Numbered from the stretch's first letter, positions 20,601-28,673 are shown. The stretch: DNA of 48,029 nucleotides from Bacteroidales bacterium (GCA_031271175.1 JAISWE010000006.1:1-48029); one strand, 5' to 3'. Program-made: numbers and translations. The notes: generated from the letters alone by a model not told the origin.

Positions 20601-21741
20601 GAAAGATACGGTTATCAAGGTCTGGGCAGTGCCGAACTCCAACTTCTCCGTAACGCCGACCCATCTGATCTATCCGAGTTCAACGGTGTCCATTGCCAAT
20701 CTGATACCGCCTGCGGAAAGAACGAACCTGACCTACAGGTGGGAGCTTTTGAAACAGGGAGAAACCACGCCCAAAATCATCTCCGGGCAGGAAGAACCGG
20801 GTCAATACACTATCGGCGACTGGGGTACCTATACCCTTACGCAAAACGTGTCTGCCCAGGACGGTCACTGTCCGGCGTTCTCTTCGAAGCAGATCCAAAT
20901 CGTACCGCCGGATCCGGTGGCCTCTTTCGACTCCATACCGCCCGCTTGTTCGCCTTACGACGTACAGTTCCATAATACGTCGAAAAACAGCTACCGGTAT
21001 CTGTGGGATTTCGGCGACGGACAAACCTCCGCGCTGGAAAATCCGCTGCACCGCTACGAAGACCCGGGGTATTACATTGTGACGCTGGTTGCCCGGGGCG
21101 ATGCCGTCAATCCGGACATCACCACCAGCGTAGTGATGGTCAATCCGGTGCCGAATGCCGCCTTCCTGGTTAAACCCGAATTTATGTGGGTGAACCAGAC
21201 CGCCTACACCTTCAACCTGACTTCGCACATCACTCCTGCCGGCGCGGTGTACGACATCTGGTACAAGTGGGATTTCGGCGACGGTACGGACATCGACACC
21301 CTCCAGCAACCGGAACACGTTTACCGGAAAGCCGGAAAATTTGATGTAACCCTGACCGTAGGCACTTACGGCGAACCGGCGTGCACCACTACGCGGACTA
21401 TCGTGCAGGCGGTTGAGGTAGAGTCCGCCGGCGATCTCATCTTCCCGAACGCCTTCAGACCCGATCCCAACGGCGAACCGAGCGACATCGTTCCCAGCGA
21501 ACAGTCGTACAGGAACTACCTGTTCTTCCCGCCTGTGCTGCAACCCACCAGAGAATACCAGCTCGCGGTTTATAACCGGTGGGGACAGCTGATTTACCGG
21601 ACTACCGATCCGGGGCGCGGCTGGACGGGATATTACAAGGGACAATTGTGTCCGGAAGGCGTATATGTATATCGCGTCTGGGGAACCTTCACCAATGGGC
21701 AGTCTTTCCAGAAACGGGGGGATATCCTTTTGATGAGATAG
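11668..21741 (+). CDS. Giant (3357 aa) PKD/Ig-like repeat surface protein with type B T9SS C-terminal domain (CHU_C); SprB-like adhesin
   Basis: Signal peptide ending ARA-Q. Many beta-rich ~90-100 aa Cys-containing modules ending in 'VTVKP.P'. PKD WDFGDG motifs. C-terminus FPNAFRP...YNRWGQLIY...GWTG...EGVYVY...GDILLMR. Confidence 0.92.
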   Translation: MSRCINNNALCRQDRCRFFLRAGKIGWLALLLVCLMPDTARAQCDFWEDDDQRPLGTANACANPERQYTVTIRRAILQGTYPASQLSFGIHWGDGTPDTEISALSCTLSPSPWPGYDYYVSAPVTHNYPISPLCMYQSQSYVTINGTTVCNSLTKKNVTVWSTDDLGSGSLLLKSDEVNGVVEYLVCEREPVNINFRDLSTLACNFTEADAANAYSYNLQARRTQFAFGVTNADGAPLPPEVSVGGNPVTDAGGALISGVYETTPVQVHSPIVTDQKMSYPTPDITIPADKTVAGQRFTIELRNWNSCNSYPGNSPVTVTASILVTETPYNPAAATLTFCHQNHYSAPNNAKFNHTVTHTSPLNATMTGGTYIWYNDNAGSPGNTVLKSSTSNTFNPATEPSATYRLNPAVAGHYDYWVRYVKTRTVNGQTVTCQTKLVKVRWTVRNDISAVPGNPVSSTGKMEACPDESITLSYPTPPAAATYGGNTVYKWEYSTNGGTTWTAATGGSDFTQTATGQNATITLRNAGTGPITYQIRIHREWENPIASPAVSGCKYSYTGSNCNTCPGNSTTITLTANPKPRANLAGGGTICPDEDIKLNVTGLYAKQNPSTPYYRVHIKLNEGANPGQEFDLDFNTANATVNGAVTVNPANGTATRYTIAEVSDRVTGCINTGTGTADVYKRATLLPPTWDSKPADVLCANTAYTWDASALPSVTLTGTNPPANQPQNIEYLWSAWNTDTHPADDQYTLNSGAAAVPNGTSRSISVSYRYSTQAAQSAKTDKYCSSTAQTHAVTVIPKPGAATVVSNQTVCNGDDATVRVNLTGVANSNWNFIWRLTKGAVVYTSPPVTGIPGNAAGTYSNYAVTIPNSAFLGTPKDGAYTFEIVSVWQDRLGASGCPGTVTNNAVTVTVRKVPAATLSGTETICEKMPYTIPYPDFSLNGDAGGTYSVTYHSDKPGATDQTVTGIAAGGGLTIPASMIKEGAAHTIITIVNVKQTVGALECDGGAGTGSFDIETQAAPNAGSDQSICAPFYTSITMTADPVPPPGGTWVLAGKNPTTAADPTLSSNTDENATVTFTDPGVYKYAWVTSAGCPDTVVLTYEKAAEQAIVNKTTRIVCGNEITLTGTTSLNALQPWEVGTWSLYSAPPGGEIVSPSTCGVEGSFPLEGAGQYTSPPPAIACGIHSPVAAIEVNKPGVYVFRWEVRTNCSYTVDSIKVTFKQIPQTVQVPAFQFCEDSDTTITFRDVDPTFETDILYRWTHNGVLGGPFTDNPATIIAPVQYPSVSGDMNYTISVTPSKNGCTGVAMNFTATARPKPHLNPQSDQVLCPREGVELEINPSLTNMTGGIRYEWKGLPAPHPNPGVTDGSAQVNTSPYKYVLQAASNNTSFPQTGDIGIVASVRGCVSDTLKFNVTVKPQPVITLSDAGRQYCPDLNVEQADMTQFSADIPGTDFIWTYTGAAIGFSGANQAATPVMAVPGNYTTVPSFTTASNLTNGNLHGTVTLTASYDGCDTTRSFTVDVKPKPVIRVDHANETLCAAKDASDVRYFSEIKPQPGVGYTYTPVYSFVSRQGLFTNTLTSALDIPVTGAIMDDIRVPESNGANDSIMLVVVTPTLNGCKGDSVTVELVAHPLPVIDTIPDQKTCPATAFQEVNFSSNLPASFISYYTYQFGSTNVGMGANASANSTYVPSFTAINNTGSGDITSSVSVNARSIYGCMNAVTEIYNYVVFPKPVIQQPDMALIGSPPVASVNNRFCPGDKVSFADFATQITKTGITIDYSWYLSGPYSGSIGLNPSFGSDSVPSFTAAQNLSGANISVPLIMTATSSDGCVSADAQITLTLLTAPRMNPILDREECPLTEIPGISFSANIALSPSEFFWQLDNTGISGGGGTTPLLGPNIDQTGWIPIFTTPENISGTPVTGNFMVWAAAASGTNFCVGDTVHFSFTVKPKPDVWLDTIAGTAVVDRFYCPDAATDIYTFRSGNAGVSQYRWSYGTEIGLNTPGNQIGNYIPSFITRNQGNSGLNTVDSKFIVQSVLNGCYSDTARFTVTVGPMPQVTLPPDTALCAGIPVCPKPFNVISDTTGTAYDYEFVWTATNFAELQRWPLGSGALPPGGNSHLPCFIGDTTHASYGTNTLWGVTPKMLNVTVTPQYYYEQGTPLQKLCVNPNPSYVRYQINPLPNTRFLPSDDKCVRDGELKIYQVQTPESVGSYYEWGVEDTLHLPDTSVGAPTIHPTILHEQFAVFVYPNPAANWEGYITVRERNTFGCWADTMYQHVRVITAPAIFAGNDTLICSGEVLRLNGKLLNPAIAPANCAGTVGGPGCINYEWFPNTSLVQDGTVDGEGALDYLTLRPRVRPYGNMRLTLRANLDGCWSFPDTINIAVGRTPNTPVIPDNTYCQTETPMTVKFLSATDPTDSIRWFRGGVDGVMNWTSVDALIPSAYDQDTVNMLLHPNAIPSPLVFLGSNDEAVIRYGVYLISSDGCLSDTALTTMRIRNVPDKFPSDTTEYCRNGLTSFMLDAGDNVRWYSDTIYPPNPNIPGAELFTGRFYNANHIITGDTAFYIKKQAPNGCWSYYAEKKLMVHDNPVIQYTLTDSIGCADLDTKLDNLAVDPDVTYIVNWGDAQLDTISAMASINHTYSNNTAYNSLMLFRFDAISKINHDLNGQYCSSNSSKQVVVFPKVQAVIQGLSPGICDQSEISSVYQQHMSLYAQGNGTEFLWDFGDGVTSTQRNVDHVFVSSLSLPAKYNTPDTITVTLTASTGQNSFNGNTYPACSVVVTGEIVLWPTPKAEFTYTDMDGNLMPAWVCSPNNVTFDNLQWNAGPPSDNGVNGNDVRYEWTVDLGANTGIDTLFRFNNTNFTAKTTMLKLTATNTFYGCSDTMIRSIQVMPRLSVDFNITQDNGCAPLTIELNSESMGAKFSRWFWDVDHKPLAPDDGTLHPLPETGDHIIHTFLNPSTTDSAVYHIWLRTETGTSVAQCYMWKDTVIKVWAVPNSNFSVTPTHLIYPSSTVSIANLIPPAERTNLTYRWELLKQGETTPKIISGQEEPGQYTIGDWGTYTLTQNVSAQDGHCPAFSSKQIQIVPPDPVASFDSIPPACSPYDVQFHNTSKNSYRYLWDFGDGQTSALENPLHRYEDPGYYIVTLVARGDAVNPDITTSVVMVNPVPNAAFLVKPEFMWVNQTAYTFNLTSHITPAGAVYDIWYKWDFGDGTDIDTLQQPEHVYRKAGKFDVTLTVGTYGEPACTTTRTIVQAVEVESAGDLIFPNAFRPDPNGEPSDIVPSEQSYRNYLFFPPVLQPTREYQLAVYNRWGQLIYRTTDPGRGWTGYYKGQLCPEGVYVYRVWGTFTNGQSFQKRGDILLMR

Positions 21742-21767
21742 TCGTAAAATGTTACAGTTGAAAATAA

Positions 21768-22814
21768 ATGAAAATGATTCGATATAAGAAATGTATGTGC
21801 ACAGGGGCTTTTATCTGGGCATGGCTGTTTTCGGTCGATGCCCAGAAGCCTCAGTTTTCGCAGTATTATGCCTCTCCCTTGCTGATAGCGCCCTCTTTTG
21901 CGGGTAACTCGCTTGGTACGCGCGCCTTTGTCAATTTTCGCGATCAATGGGCAAACATGCCCGGCTCTTTTACCACCTATTCGCTGGCGCTGGATAACAA
22001 TTTCTATTCCATCAACAGCGGCGCGGGAGTGGTCTTTCTCCGCGACGTCGCCGGCAAGGTGCGTTACGGCAACACCATGGCGGCGCTCTTGTACTCCTAT
22101 CGGTTCAATTTCAACAACGAATGGAGAATACGTCCGGGCATCGCTTTTTCGTGGACCCAGCACAGCATCGATTTTCCCAGCGCTATTTTCCCCGACCAGA
22201 TTTGGGAAATGGGTATCAGTCCGGCTACTATCGAAAAAACCGTCGATCCTTATTCCTACTTCGACGCCGAAGTATCGGCAGTGTTCTATAACAGAAGGAT
22301 GTGGTTCGGACTGGATGTGAGTAACCTGATGCGTCCGGTTTCGTCCTTCTCGCATTTACAGTCGCGTATTCCCATGCAGTGGACGCAATTCGGCGGTTGC
22401 AACTTCCGACTGAACCGCGGTTTAGGCTCTGCATCCCAGATATTGTCGGTCAACTATCTGGCAAAAATAGCCCAGTGGTCATCCGCCACCTTTTACCAGT
22501 TCGAAGTAGGCGCCAACTGGATCCGCTCTCCATTGCTGCTGGGAGTGGCATGGCGAGGGTTGCCCAATTTCAAATCTCCCTATTCTTCCTACGACGCTGT
22601 TATCATTACGGCAGGCGTAGCCTTCGGCAATTTCACGGTGGGCTACAGCTACGATTTCACCGTATCATCGCTGGGACCGGCAACAGGAGGCTCACACGAA
22701 GTGACGCTTTCCTTTTCCTTCAACGAAGGCAACAGAAACGACCGGAAAAGTTCCATCCCCTGCCCGGGATTAGTGAAAAGCCTGATGTTTGGAGATAAAG
22801 AATCGTACAGATAA
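21768..22814 (+). CDS. PorP/SprF-family type IX secretion membrane protein
   Basis: Q.PQFSQYY..PL..APSFAG, NFRDQW, GYSYDFTVS.L...TGGSHE. Directly downstream of a type B CTD gene. Confidence 0.92.
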   Translation: MKMIRYKKCMCTGAFIWAWLFSVDAQKPQFSQYYASPLLIAPSFAGNSLGTRAFVNFRDQWANMPGSFTTYSLALDNNFYSINSGAGVVFLRDVAGKVRYGNTMAALLYSYRFNFNNEWRIRPGIAFSWTQHSIDFPSAIFPDQIWEMGISPATIEKTVDPYSYFDAEVSAVFYNRRMWFGLDVSNLMRPVSSFSHLQSRIPMQWTQFGGCNFRLNRGLGSASQILSVNYLAKIAQWSSATFYQFEVGANWIRSPLLLGVAWRGLPNFKSPYSSYDAVIITAGVAFGNFTVGYSYDFTVSSLGPATGGSHEVTLSFSFNEGNRNDRKSSIPCPGLVKSLMFGDKESYR

Positions 22815-22843
22815 TAGTGAATAGTGAACAGTGAATAATTAAT
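22814..22843. repeat. Short heptamer repeat (aatagtg/aacagtg)
   Basis: taatagtgaatagtgaacagtgaataattaat. The reverse complement of the same motif occurs at 47588-47645. Confidence 0.6.
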
Positions 22844-23935
22844 GTGAATAGATTTCTTTGTTTGCCGGCAGTTTTCCTCGTTTTACTAACGACGCTCCTG
22901 TCCTGCGAAAGCATGATACGGTACATCGACATCGAAAGCGACGACCGCTCGCCCCTGCTGGCGGTGAGCGCTACCATCGACACAGACAGCGGCGCGTTCA
23001 GCATCTGTTTTACGGAAGCCCGTTCTATGGCATCGTACGGCAATTGGCGTCCCGACAATGAAACGATCATCCGTCGAGGCAGCATCACCCTCTATGAGGA
23101 CGATCGCCTTTTCTTCCGTAAAGAAAGCGAAGGCAACGGATTCGACATGTCGCTGAGCAACTCTCGTAGCGGCTACGCTTTCGCAACGACACAACTCCCT
23201 TTTCAGGCTGGCAAAAGCTACCGGCTGGAACTTAACATCGAGGGATACCCTCTTGCCGTAGCCGTAGCTACAATGCCCGACGCCCCTGTGATAGAAAGTT
23301 CCGAACTGGACTTGGGACAGCCTGTGAAACGCACCCGCATCCGCAGGGTGGAACGGTTCGGAAACAGCGAAACGGCTTACCATTCCGGCCTTTTCTATCC
23401 ACTGAATGTACGCCTGTCCGACAACGCTCCGGAGAGGGATTACTACTTGCTAAGACAGCGCACCCACACACAATTCGACGACAACGTTTATGCCTTTCCG
23501 CTGGAAGTTGCCATCGGCAACAGGGCGATCATTCAGGACAACCCCGACCTGGAAGAGGCATATTTTCTTGGAGATGAAGAGGCAGAGGTGTATCTTTTCG
23601 ACTGTATGCTGTTGTCCGACATGTCATTTGCCAACACTACCGGTCTTATCGATTTGCTGGTACCTTTCGAAGTGGCCGGAGAACAATCGTCCCAATCAAT
23701 GTGCGAAAATCCCGTGCATACGGTATCTTACCTTCTCCTCTCGCATCTTTCGCAAGGTACGTTTGCTTACTACCGCAGTCTTGTGTTGCAATACAACGGT
23801 ATCGGCTTCTTTACCGAACCGGTGTCCATCGCGTCGAACATCGAAAACGGTTACGGCTGTTTTGCCGCCCTCAACACGGTGAGGAAAGACATCGCCGATT
23901 TTTATGTCTGCGAAGGCTTTTGGGATGGGGACTGA
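22844..23935 (+). CDS. DUF4249-family lipoprotein
   Basis: Lipobox LLS-C, GKSYRLE, DYY, and C-terminal EPVSIASNIENGYGCFAA. Confidence 0.8.
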   Translation: MNRFLCLPAVFLVLLTTLLSCESMIRYIDIESDDRSPLLAVSATIDTDSGAFSICFTEARSMASYGNWRPDNETIIRRGSITLYEDDRLFFRKESEGNGFDMSLSNSRSGYAFATTQLPFQAGKSYRLELNIEGYPLAVAVATMPDAPVIESSELDLGQPVKRTRIRRVERFGNSETAYHSGLFYPLNVRLSDNAPERDYYLLRQRTHTQFDDNVYAFPLEVAIGNRAIIQDNPDLEEAYFLGDEEAEVYLFDCMLLSDMSFANTTGLIDLLVPFEVAGEQSSQSMCENPVHTVSYLLLSHLSQGTFAYYRSLVLQYNGIGFFTEPVSIASNIENGYGCFAALNTVRKDIADFYVCEGFWDGD

Positions 23936-23937
23936 CA

Positions 23938-23992
23938 ACCAACCATAAGCTAAAGCATACGGCTAATAAAGTGCTGTCCCTGCGGGACTTTT
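23938..23992. repeat. REP-like palindromic element
   Basis: The gtccc-tgc-gggac hairpin has the same TCCCTRCGGGA core as the palindromes at 47711-47746. Confidence 0.5.
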
Positions 23993-24021
23993 CGCTATTT
24001 CGCTTGTGAAGATAGCAGGCC

Positions 24022-24116
24022 ATTTCCCTCTAAACAAAAATAAATTTCTCTCTAAACACAGATAAATTTCTCTCTAAACAAAAATAAATTTCTCTCTAAG
24101 GAGAAATTTCTCTCTG
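24022..24116. repeat. 22-bp tandem repeat (~4 units) overlapping the 3' end of nikR
   Basis: atttctctctaaacaaaaataa starts at 24022, 24044, 24066 and 24088, with a partial unit at 24106. Confidence 0.88.
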
Positions 24117-24536
24117 ACAGGTGGAAAAAAGAAGGTCGTCGCTTTGCGTCATGATTAATTTGCCGTGCCGGATGCCTTTCAGGGAGATGAGTTTGTCGGC
24201 AAGCAGCGTCAGATTTTTGGCTTGTCCCTTTACGGCAATGATTTCGAGACAGATATGATGCGAAAGGTGGAAATGCTGTACTGCCAGTATTTCATTCAGA
24301 AATTCATGCTGAATATCGCTCAGTTTGCAAGCAAGTTCACGCTTATGGTGGTCGTACAGCAGCGTGATGGCGCCTGCTACCGTATGGTTGCATTGCCATT
24401 TCTTTTCTACCAGGTTGCGTTCTATCAGTTGCCGTATGGCCTGCGAACGATTGGGAAAATTATTCTCCTTCACATACAGATCCAGGGCTTTCAACAACTC
24501 GGCTTCCAGGGAAACGCTAAAACGGGACACGGACAT
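24096..24536 (-). CDS. nikR: Nickel-responsive transcriptional regulator
   Basis: Ribbon-helix-helix MSVSRFSVSLE...NRSQAIRQL, YDHH, IQH, and the Ni-binding HFHLSHHICLE motif. Confidence 0.93.
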   Translation of the reverse strand: MSVSRFSVSLEAELLKALDLYVKENNFPNRSQAIRQLIERNLVEKKWQCNHTVAGAITLLYDHHKRELACKLSDIQHEFLNEILAVQHFHLSHHICLEIIAVKGQAKNLTLLADKLISLKGIRHGKLIMTQSDDLLFSTCQREISP

Positions 24537-24734
24537 AGTATTACTTTTTCAAAAAATCGTATAGCAAAGATAATACATATTTTTTATTTCTTAAAAGATT
24601 TTTCGCAAATACGGAATTAATACCTTCGGATTGGAAGAATTGTTGTATCTTTCCTCTGTAAAAAAACTTTTTTTCATTTCTTGCGCTTGGAAAACCCAAG
24701 TTTTTCATGTAATTTTGCGGCACCAAAAAACCAA

Positions 24735-24807
24735 GACTCCGTAGCTCAGTTGGTAGAGCAATTGACTCTTAATCAATGGGTCGAGAGTTCGAGCCTCTCC
24801 GGGGTCA
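24735..24807 (+). tRNA. tRNA-Lys (CTT)
   Basis: Acceptor stem gactccg/cggggtc, anticodon arm attga-ct-CTT-aa-tcaat, T-loop gttcgag. TAATTTTG -7 box at 24710-24717. Confidence 0.96.
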
Positions 24808-24816
24808 CCCGTCATA

Positions 24817-24853
24817 AGACACAATCACCTTTTTTTAGGGGTTGTGTTTTTTT
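24817..24853 (+). terminator. Intrinsic terminator after tRNA-Lys
   Basis: Stem acacaatcacct / aggggttgtgt followed by a T-run. Confidence 0.7.
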
Positions 24854-26174
24854 ATTTGGCTGCACGGTGTACATCCGTAAATAGCTTTAATATTTCGCTT
24901 ACGACAAAGATACTGCCTCCGACAAAAATCAGGTCGTCGGAAGCGGCGTCGGCAAGGGCGGCTTTCAGGGCATCCGGAACGGAAGGATAGCTTTTGCCGG
25001 CAAGCCCATGCGGCTGTGCTTTCCGTTTCAGCGTTTTTGCATTCAAAGCCCTTGGAATATCCGCATTTGTGAAGTAATATACGGCGTCGGCAGGTAATAA
25101 TTTCAACATTCCCGTGATGTCTTTGTCGCTAACAAAGCCGATGATCATTCGTAGTGTTCGGAAAGTGCAGTTTTTCAATTGTCCTGTCACCCATGCGATT
25201 CCGGCCGTGTTATGGGCGGAATCGCATATTACGCGGGGATGCTGTTGCAAGGTTTCCCAGCGTCCGTGCAAGCCTGTTGTTTGTGCGGCATGTTCCAGCG
25301 CAGGCACGATATGTTCGGCTTTCAGCCGGATATTTGTATGAACGCGCAGCGCTTGAACGGTCATCAGTACGGTGATGATATTTTTTCGTTGATATTCCCC
25401 GCTCAGGTCGATTTTTACCGGTATGGGATGCGCTTTGCCGTGCTGCAGGATATGAAATGTCTGTCCTTCTGTTGTTGTCATGCTTCTGCCGACATCGGCA
25501 TATTGGTCGGCAAAGAGGACAAAGGTTTGCATTTCGCCGGCTTTGGTTTCAAACACAGGCGCTGTTTCGGCTTGTGTTTCTCCGATCACGACAGGAATAC
25601 CGGGCTTGATGATGCCTGCTTTTTCGGAAGCAATGGCTGCCGGCGTGTTGCCGAGGAACTGTACATGATCTGTGCTGATGTTGGTGATCACCGACAACAC
25701 CGGCGTAATGATATTGGTAGCGTCCAATCGTCCGCCCATGCCGGCTTCTATCACCGCCACATCTACTTTTCGGCGGGCGAAATGGTCGAAAGCCATGGCG
25801 GTAGTGACTTCAAAGAAACTTGCTTCTGTTTGCTTTAACACATCTATGCTTTTTTCCACAAATTCGGTCACTTCCTGTTCGGAAATCCATTCGCCGTTTA
25901 CTTTGATGCGTTCCCTAAAATCTATCAGGTGAGGAGAGGTGAACAGTCCGGTAGTGTAGCCGCACCCCTGCAATACCGCCGCCAGCATGTGCGCTACCGA
26001 CCCTTTGCCGTTGGTGCCTGCGATATGGATGGATGGATATTGTGTGTGCGGATGGCCATAGAACGCGCTTAATTCGCGGATGGTTTGCAGCCCGGGTTTG
26101 TACGCCGTTCCACCGCTATGATGGAAGACGGGCAACGAATGAAAAAGATAATCGACAGTTTCGGAATAATTCAT
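24852..26174 (-). CDS. folC: Folylpolyglutamate synthase/dihydrofolate synthase
   Basis: HIAGTNGKGS, FTSPHL.DFRERI, EAGMGGRLDATN, EKAGIIK and DSAHN. Confidence 0.96.
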   Translation of the reverse strand: MNYSETVDYLFHSLPVFHHSGGTAYKPGLQTIRELSAFYGHPHTQYPSIHIAGTNGKGSVAHMLAAVLQGCGYTTGLFTSPHLIDFRERIKVNGEWISEQEVTEFVEKSIDVLKQTEASFFEVTTAMAFDHFARRKVDVAVIEAGMGGRLDATNIITPVLSVITNISTDHVQFLGNTPAAIASEKAGIIKPGIPVVIGETQAETAPVFETKAGEMQTFVLFADQYADVGRSMTTTEGQTFHILQHGKAHPIPVKIDLSGEYQRKNIITVLMTVQALRVHTNIRLKAEHIVPALEHAAQTTGLHGRWETLQQHPRVICDSAHNTAGIAWVTGQLKNCTFRTLRMIIGFVSDKDITGMLKLLPADAVYYFTNADIPRALNAKTLKRKAQPHGLAGKSYPSVPDALKAALADAASDDLIFVGGSIFVVSEILKLFTDVHRAAK

Positions 26175-26203
26175 GATGGCGGTATTTCCATGATGAATTT
26201 CTT

Positions 26204-26995
26204 TCAGAGGCTGTCCCTCTCAATATCTTTAAAGTATTTGTAAGTGCCTACTTTCAATTCGGCAGTGGCGTCTTCATCGCATACGATGATGGCTTTGGGA
26301 TGGAGTTGCAGCGCCGAAATTGTCCACATGTGGTTGACACTTCCTTCGACGGCATGGGACAACGCTCGCGCCTTGCCGTGTCCGTTGACGAGAACCAGCA
26401 CTTCCTGTGCGTCGAGTACTGTTCCTACGCCTACCGTCAGGGCGGTTTTAGGAACCGATGCAAGGTCGTTGCCGAAAAATCGTGCGTTGGCAATCACGGT
26501 ATCGGTAGTAAGCGTTTTCACCCTTGTACGCGACGCCAGCGACGACCCCGGCTCATTGAAAGCCAGATGACCGTCCGGCCCAACACCTCCCAGAAACAGA
26601 TGGATCATCCCGTACGATTTGATTTTCTCCTCATAACGCCGACACTCTTCCTGCAAATCCGAAGCGTTCCCGTTCAGGATGTTCACGTTTTCCTTTGGAA
26701 TGTCGATATTGCCGAAAAGGTGCTGCCACATGAAAGAGTGGTAACTCTGGGGATGAGTTTCCGGAATGCCCACATATTCGTCCATGTTGAAGGTGATCAC
26801 GTTTTTGAAGGATACTTTTCCTTCTTTATGAAGGCGTACCAGTTCCCGATAGGCGCCGACAGGCGACGAACCCGTAGGCAAGCCCAGCACAAAAGGTTTA
26901 CCGGCAGAGGGGGCAAAAGTTTGAATTTTTGAAACGATATAATGAGCCGCCCAATGGGATAATTGTTGATAATCCGGACAAATGATCAAACGCAT
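26204..26995 (-). CDS. nagB: Glucosamine-6-phosphate deaminase
   Basis: [34 protein letters not shown] and SALQLHP. Confidence 0.97.
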   Translation of the reverse strand: MRLIICPDYQQLSHWAAHYIVSKIQTFAPSAGKPFVLGLPTGSSPVGAYRELVRLHKEGKVSFKNVITFNMDEYVGIPETHPQSYHSFMWQHLFGNIDIPKENVNILNGNASDLQEECRRYEEKIKSYGMIHLFLGGVGPDGHLAFNEPGSSLASRTRVKTLTTDTVIANARFFGNDLASVPKTALTVGVGTVLDAQEVLVLVNGHGKARALSHAVEGSVNHMWTISALQLHPKAIIVCDEDATAELKVGTYKYFKDIERDSL

Positions 26996-27091
26996 GTATT
27001 TGGAATTTTAATTATGAAAATGCAAAAATATCTTTTATTTTTTTCCTGTCCAAATTTTCATGTAACTTTGCCAGCTGGTAATTTTACGGTC

Positions 27092-27508
27092 ATGACAAAC
27101 AATATATCTTTGAATGAGTTGAATGCGAGGATGAGCAATACTTTGGCAAGTCATCTTCATATTCGATGTACGCATGTTTCCGAAGGGAGGATAGAAGCGA
27201 CCATGCCTGTGGACAAGCGCACCCGCCAGCCCTTCGGCATATTGCACGGCGGAGCGACACTGGCGCTGGCGGAAACGGTAGCAGGGATAGGGTCGTTGGT
27301 GCTGTGCGGAGAGGAAGAAACCTGCGTGGGGATGCAGGTGAGCGGTAACCATGTGTCGTCTGCCGTTGAAGGGGATACCGTACATGCCGTAGCCACCATC
27401 ATCCATAAGGGGCGCACCACGCATGTGTGGAATGTGGATGTGTTCACCTCGGAAGGAAAGCTCGTTTCATCGGTACGTGTTGTCAACAGCATGTTACAGG
27501 TAAAATGA
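27092..27508 (+). CDS. PaaI/hotdog thioesterase (MenI/DHNA-CoA hydrolase-like)
   Basis: MPVD.RTRQPFGILHGGATLALAET and GRTTHVW. ATG at 27092 follows the TAACTTTG box at 27063. Confidence 0.88.
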   Translation: MTNNISLNELNARMSNTLASHLHIRCTHVSEGRIEATMPVDKRTRQPFGILHGGATLALAETVAGIGSLVLCGEEETCVGMQVSGNHVSSAVEGDTVHAVATIIHKGRTTHVWNVDVFTSEGKLVSSVRVVNSMLQVK

Positions 27509-27632
27509 CACTTGTCGCCGACGTCCTGTTCCGGATATACGAATAATAAATTGATGGTAATAAGGAAAAATATTTTTCCTTTTACTTTATTGGTTTTTTA
27601 CATTATTTTTGCAATTTCAAAATAAATATAAA

Positions 27633-28658
27633 ATGAGTTTATTAGGCTTAAAAGTCATCTTGGGTTTTTTCCCCAACACCGGGAAAGTAGAAAAACGGAG
27701 AAAAAAACTCATGGGTGATTACCAACAATATAAGGAATATTCTCAATCGGAAGAATTAAGACGGTACGAATATTTGTGCAGGTACTTAAATTCGAAAGAG
27801 TTTAAAGAAATGCTGGATGATCCGGAAGCCGATGAACAAAAAATCAACTTATTAAAACAGGAATTCTATGAGATTCAGAAATCAAAAGCATTAAAACATT
27901 ATTTCAGGGAAAAAGCCGCCGAAAACCGATTTGCTCCCATCACATCGTGGAACATGAAATTGGAGGATGACTTCACGGGTGACCGGCTCAACAGCGATAC
28001 ATGGATTACCCGTTATTACCGTGGGGAAAAAGCTTTAGGGCGGAACTATACGCTGTGGGGCGATATGCAGTGCAACACCGACGGCGACAACCTGTCGGTG
28101 GCAGACTCTGTTCTTTCCATTGAAACGAGGCCGGAAAAAACGAACGGAATATCATGGCATCCGCTGGTGGGCTTTATACCCTGCGAGTTTCCCTACACAT
28201 CGGGAATTGTCAGTACGGCAAAAGCCTTCCGGTTCAGATACGGGAAAATAGAGGCAAAAATGAAAGTTCCGGCAAACAAGGCTGCGTATCATGCTTTCTG
28301 GCTGGCAAGCGACAAGGCCTTGCCGCAAATCAATATCTTTACCTATGAGAAAGGCCGATTCTACATGGGTAATTTCTGGGGTAAACTGAAGGATACGGGC
28401 GGCGCCAACAGCGATGTTACGGCTGTCACAGGCGCCTTTGCAGGGAAAAGCTACCTTTTTTCACTGGAATGGACTAAGAACAGGCTGACCTGGACGATTA
28501 ACGGTGTAACCATAAAGACCATGAAATTCGGAATACCCTCCGAACCCCTGTACATTGCGATGGCGTCGGGCGTCAGGAAAGGCAGGCAAACCCTGTCCAC
28601 TCCCGTCAAATTTGAAATTGACTGGATCCGGTATTACCAATCAAGCTACTCCTTTTAA
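27633..28658 (+). CDS. GH16-fold protein with N-terminal helical domain; catalytic ExDxxE motif absent
   Basis: EDDF.G..L..D.W, YTSG, YGKIEAKMK, HAFWL, LEWT...TW.ING and FEIDWIRYYQ. The catalytic position reads PQINIFTYE. Confidence 0.75.
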   Translation: MSLLGLKVILGFFPNTGKVEKRRKKLMGDYQQYKEYSQSEELRRYEYLCRYLNSKEFKEMLDDPEADEQKINLLKQEFYEIQKSKALKHYFREKAAENRFAPITSWNMKLEDDFTGDRLNSDTWITRYYRGEKALGRNYTLWGDMQCNTDGDNLSVADSVLSIETRPEKTNGISWHPLVGFIPCEFPYTSGIVSTAKAFRFRYGKIEAKMKVPANKAAYHAFWLASDKALPQINIFTYEKGRFYMGNFWGKLKDTGGANSDVTAVTGAFAGKSYLFSLEWTKNRLTWTINGVTIKTMKFGIPSEPLYIAMASGVRKGRQTLSTPVKFEIDWIRYYQSSYSF

Positions 28659-28673
28659 ATTTGATACCTTATA

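Noticed and set aside
24537-24580. NikR autoregulatory operator
   Set aside because: GTATTA/TAATAC half-sites are present, but their spacing (~27 bp) does not match known NikR operators and the region is very AT-rich.
24735-24853. tRNA-anchored genomic island at tRNA-Lys or tRNA-Arg
   Set aside because: No integrase and no duplicated tRNA 3' end were seen; housekeeping genes follow directly.
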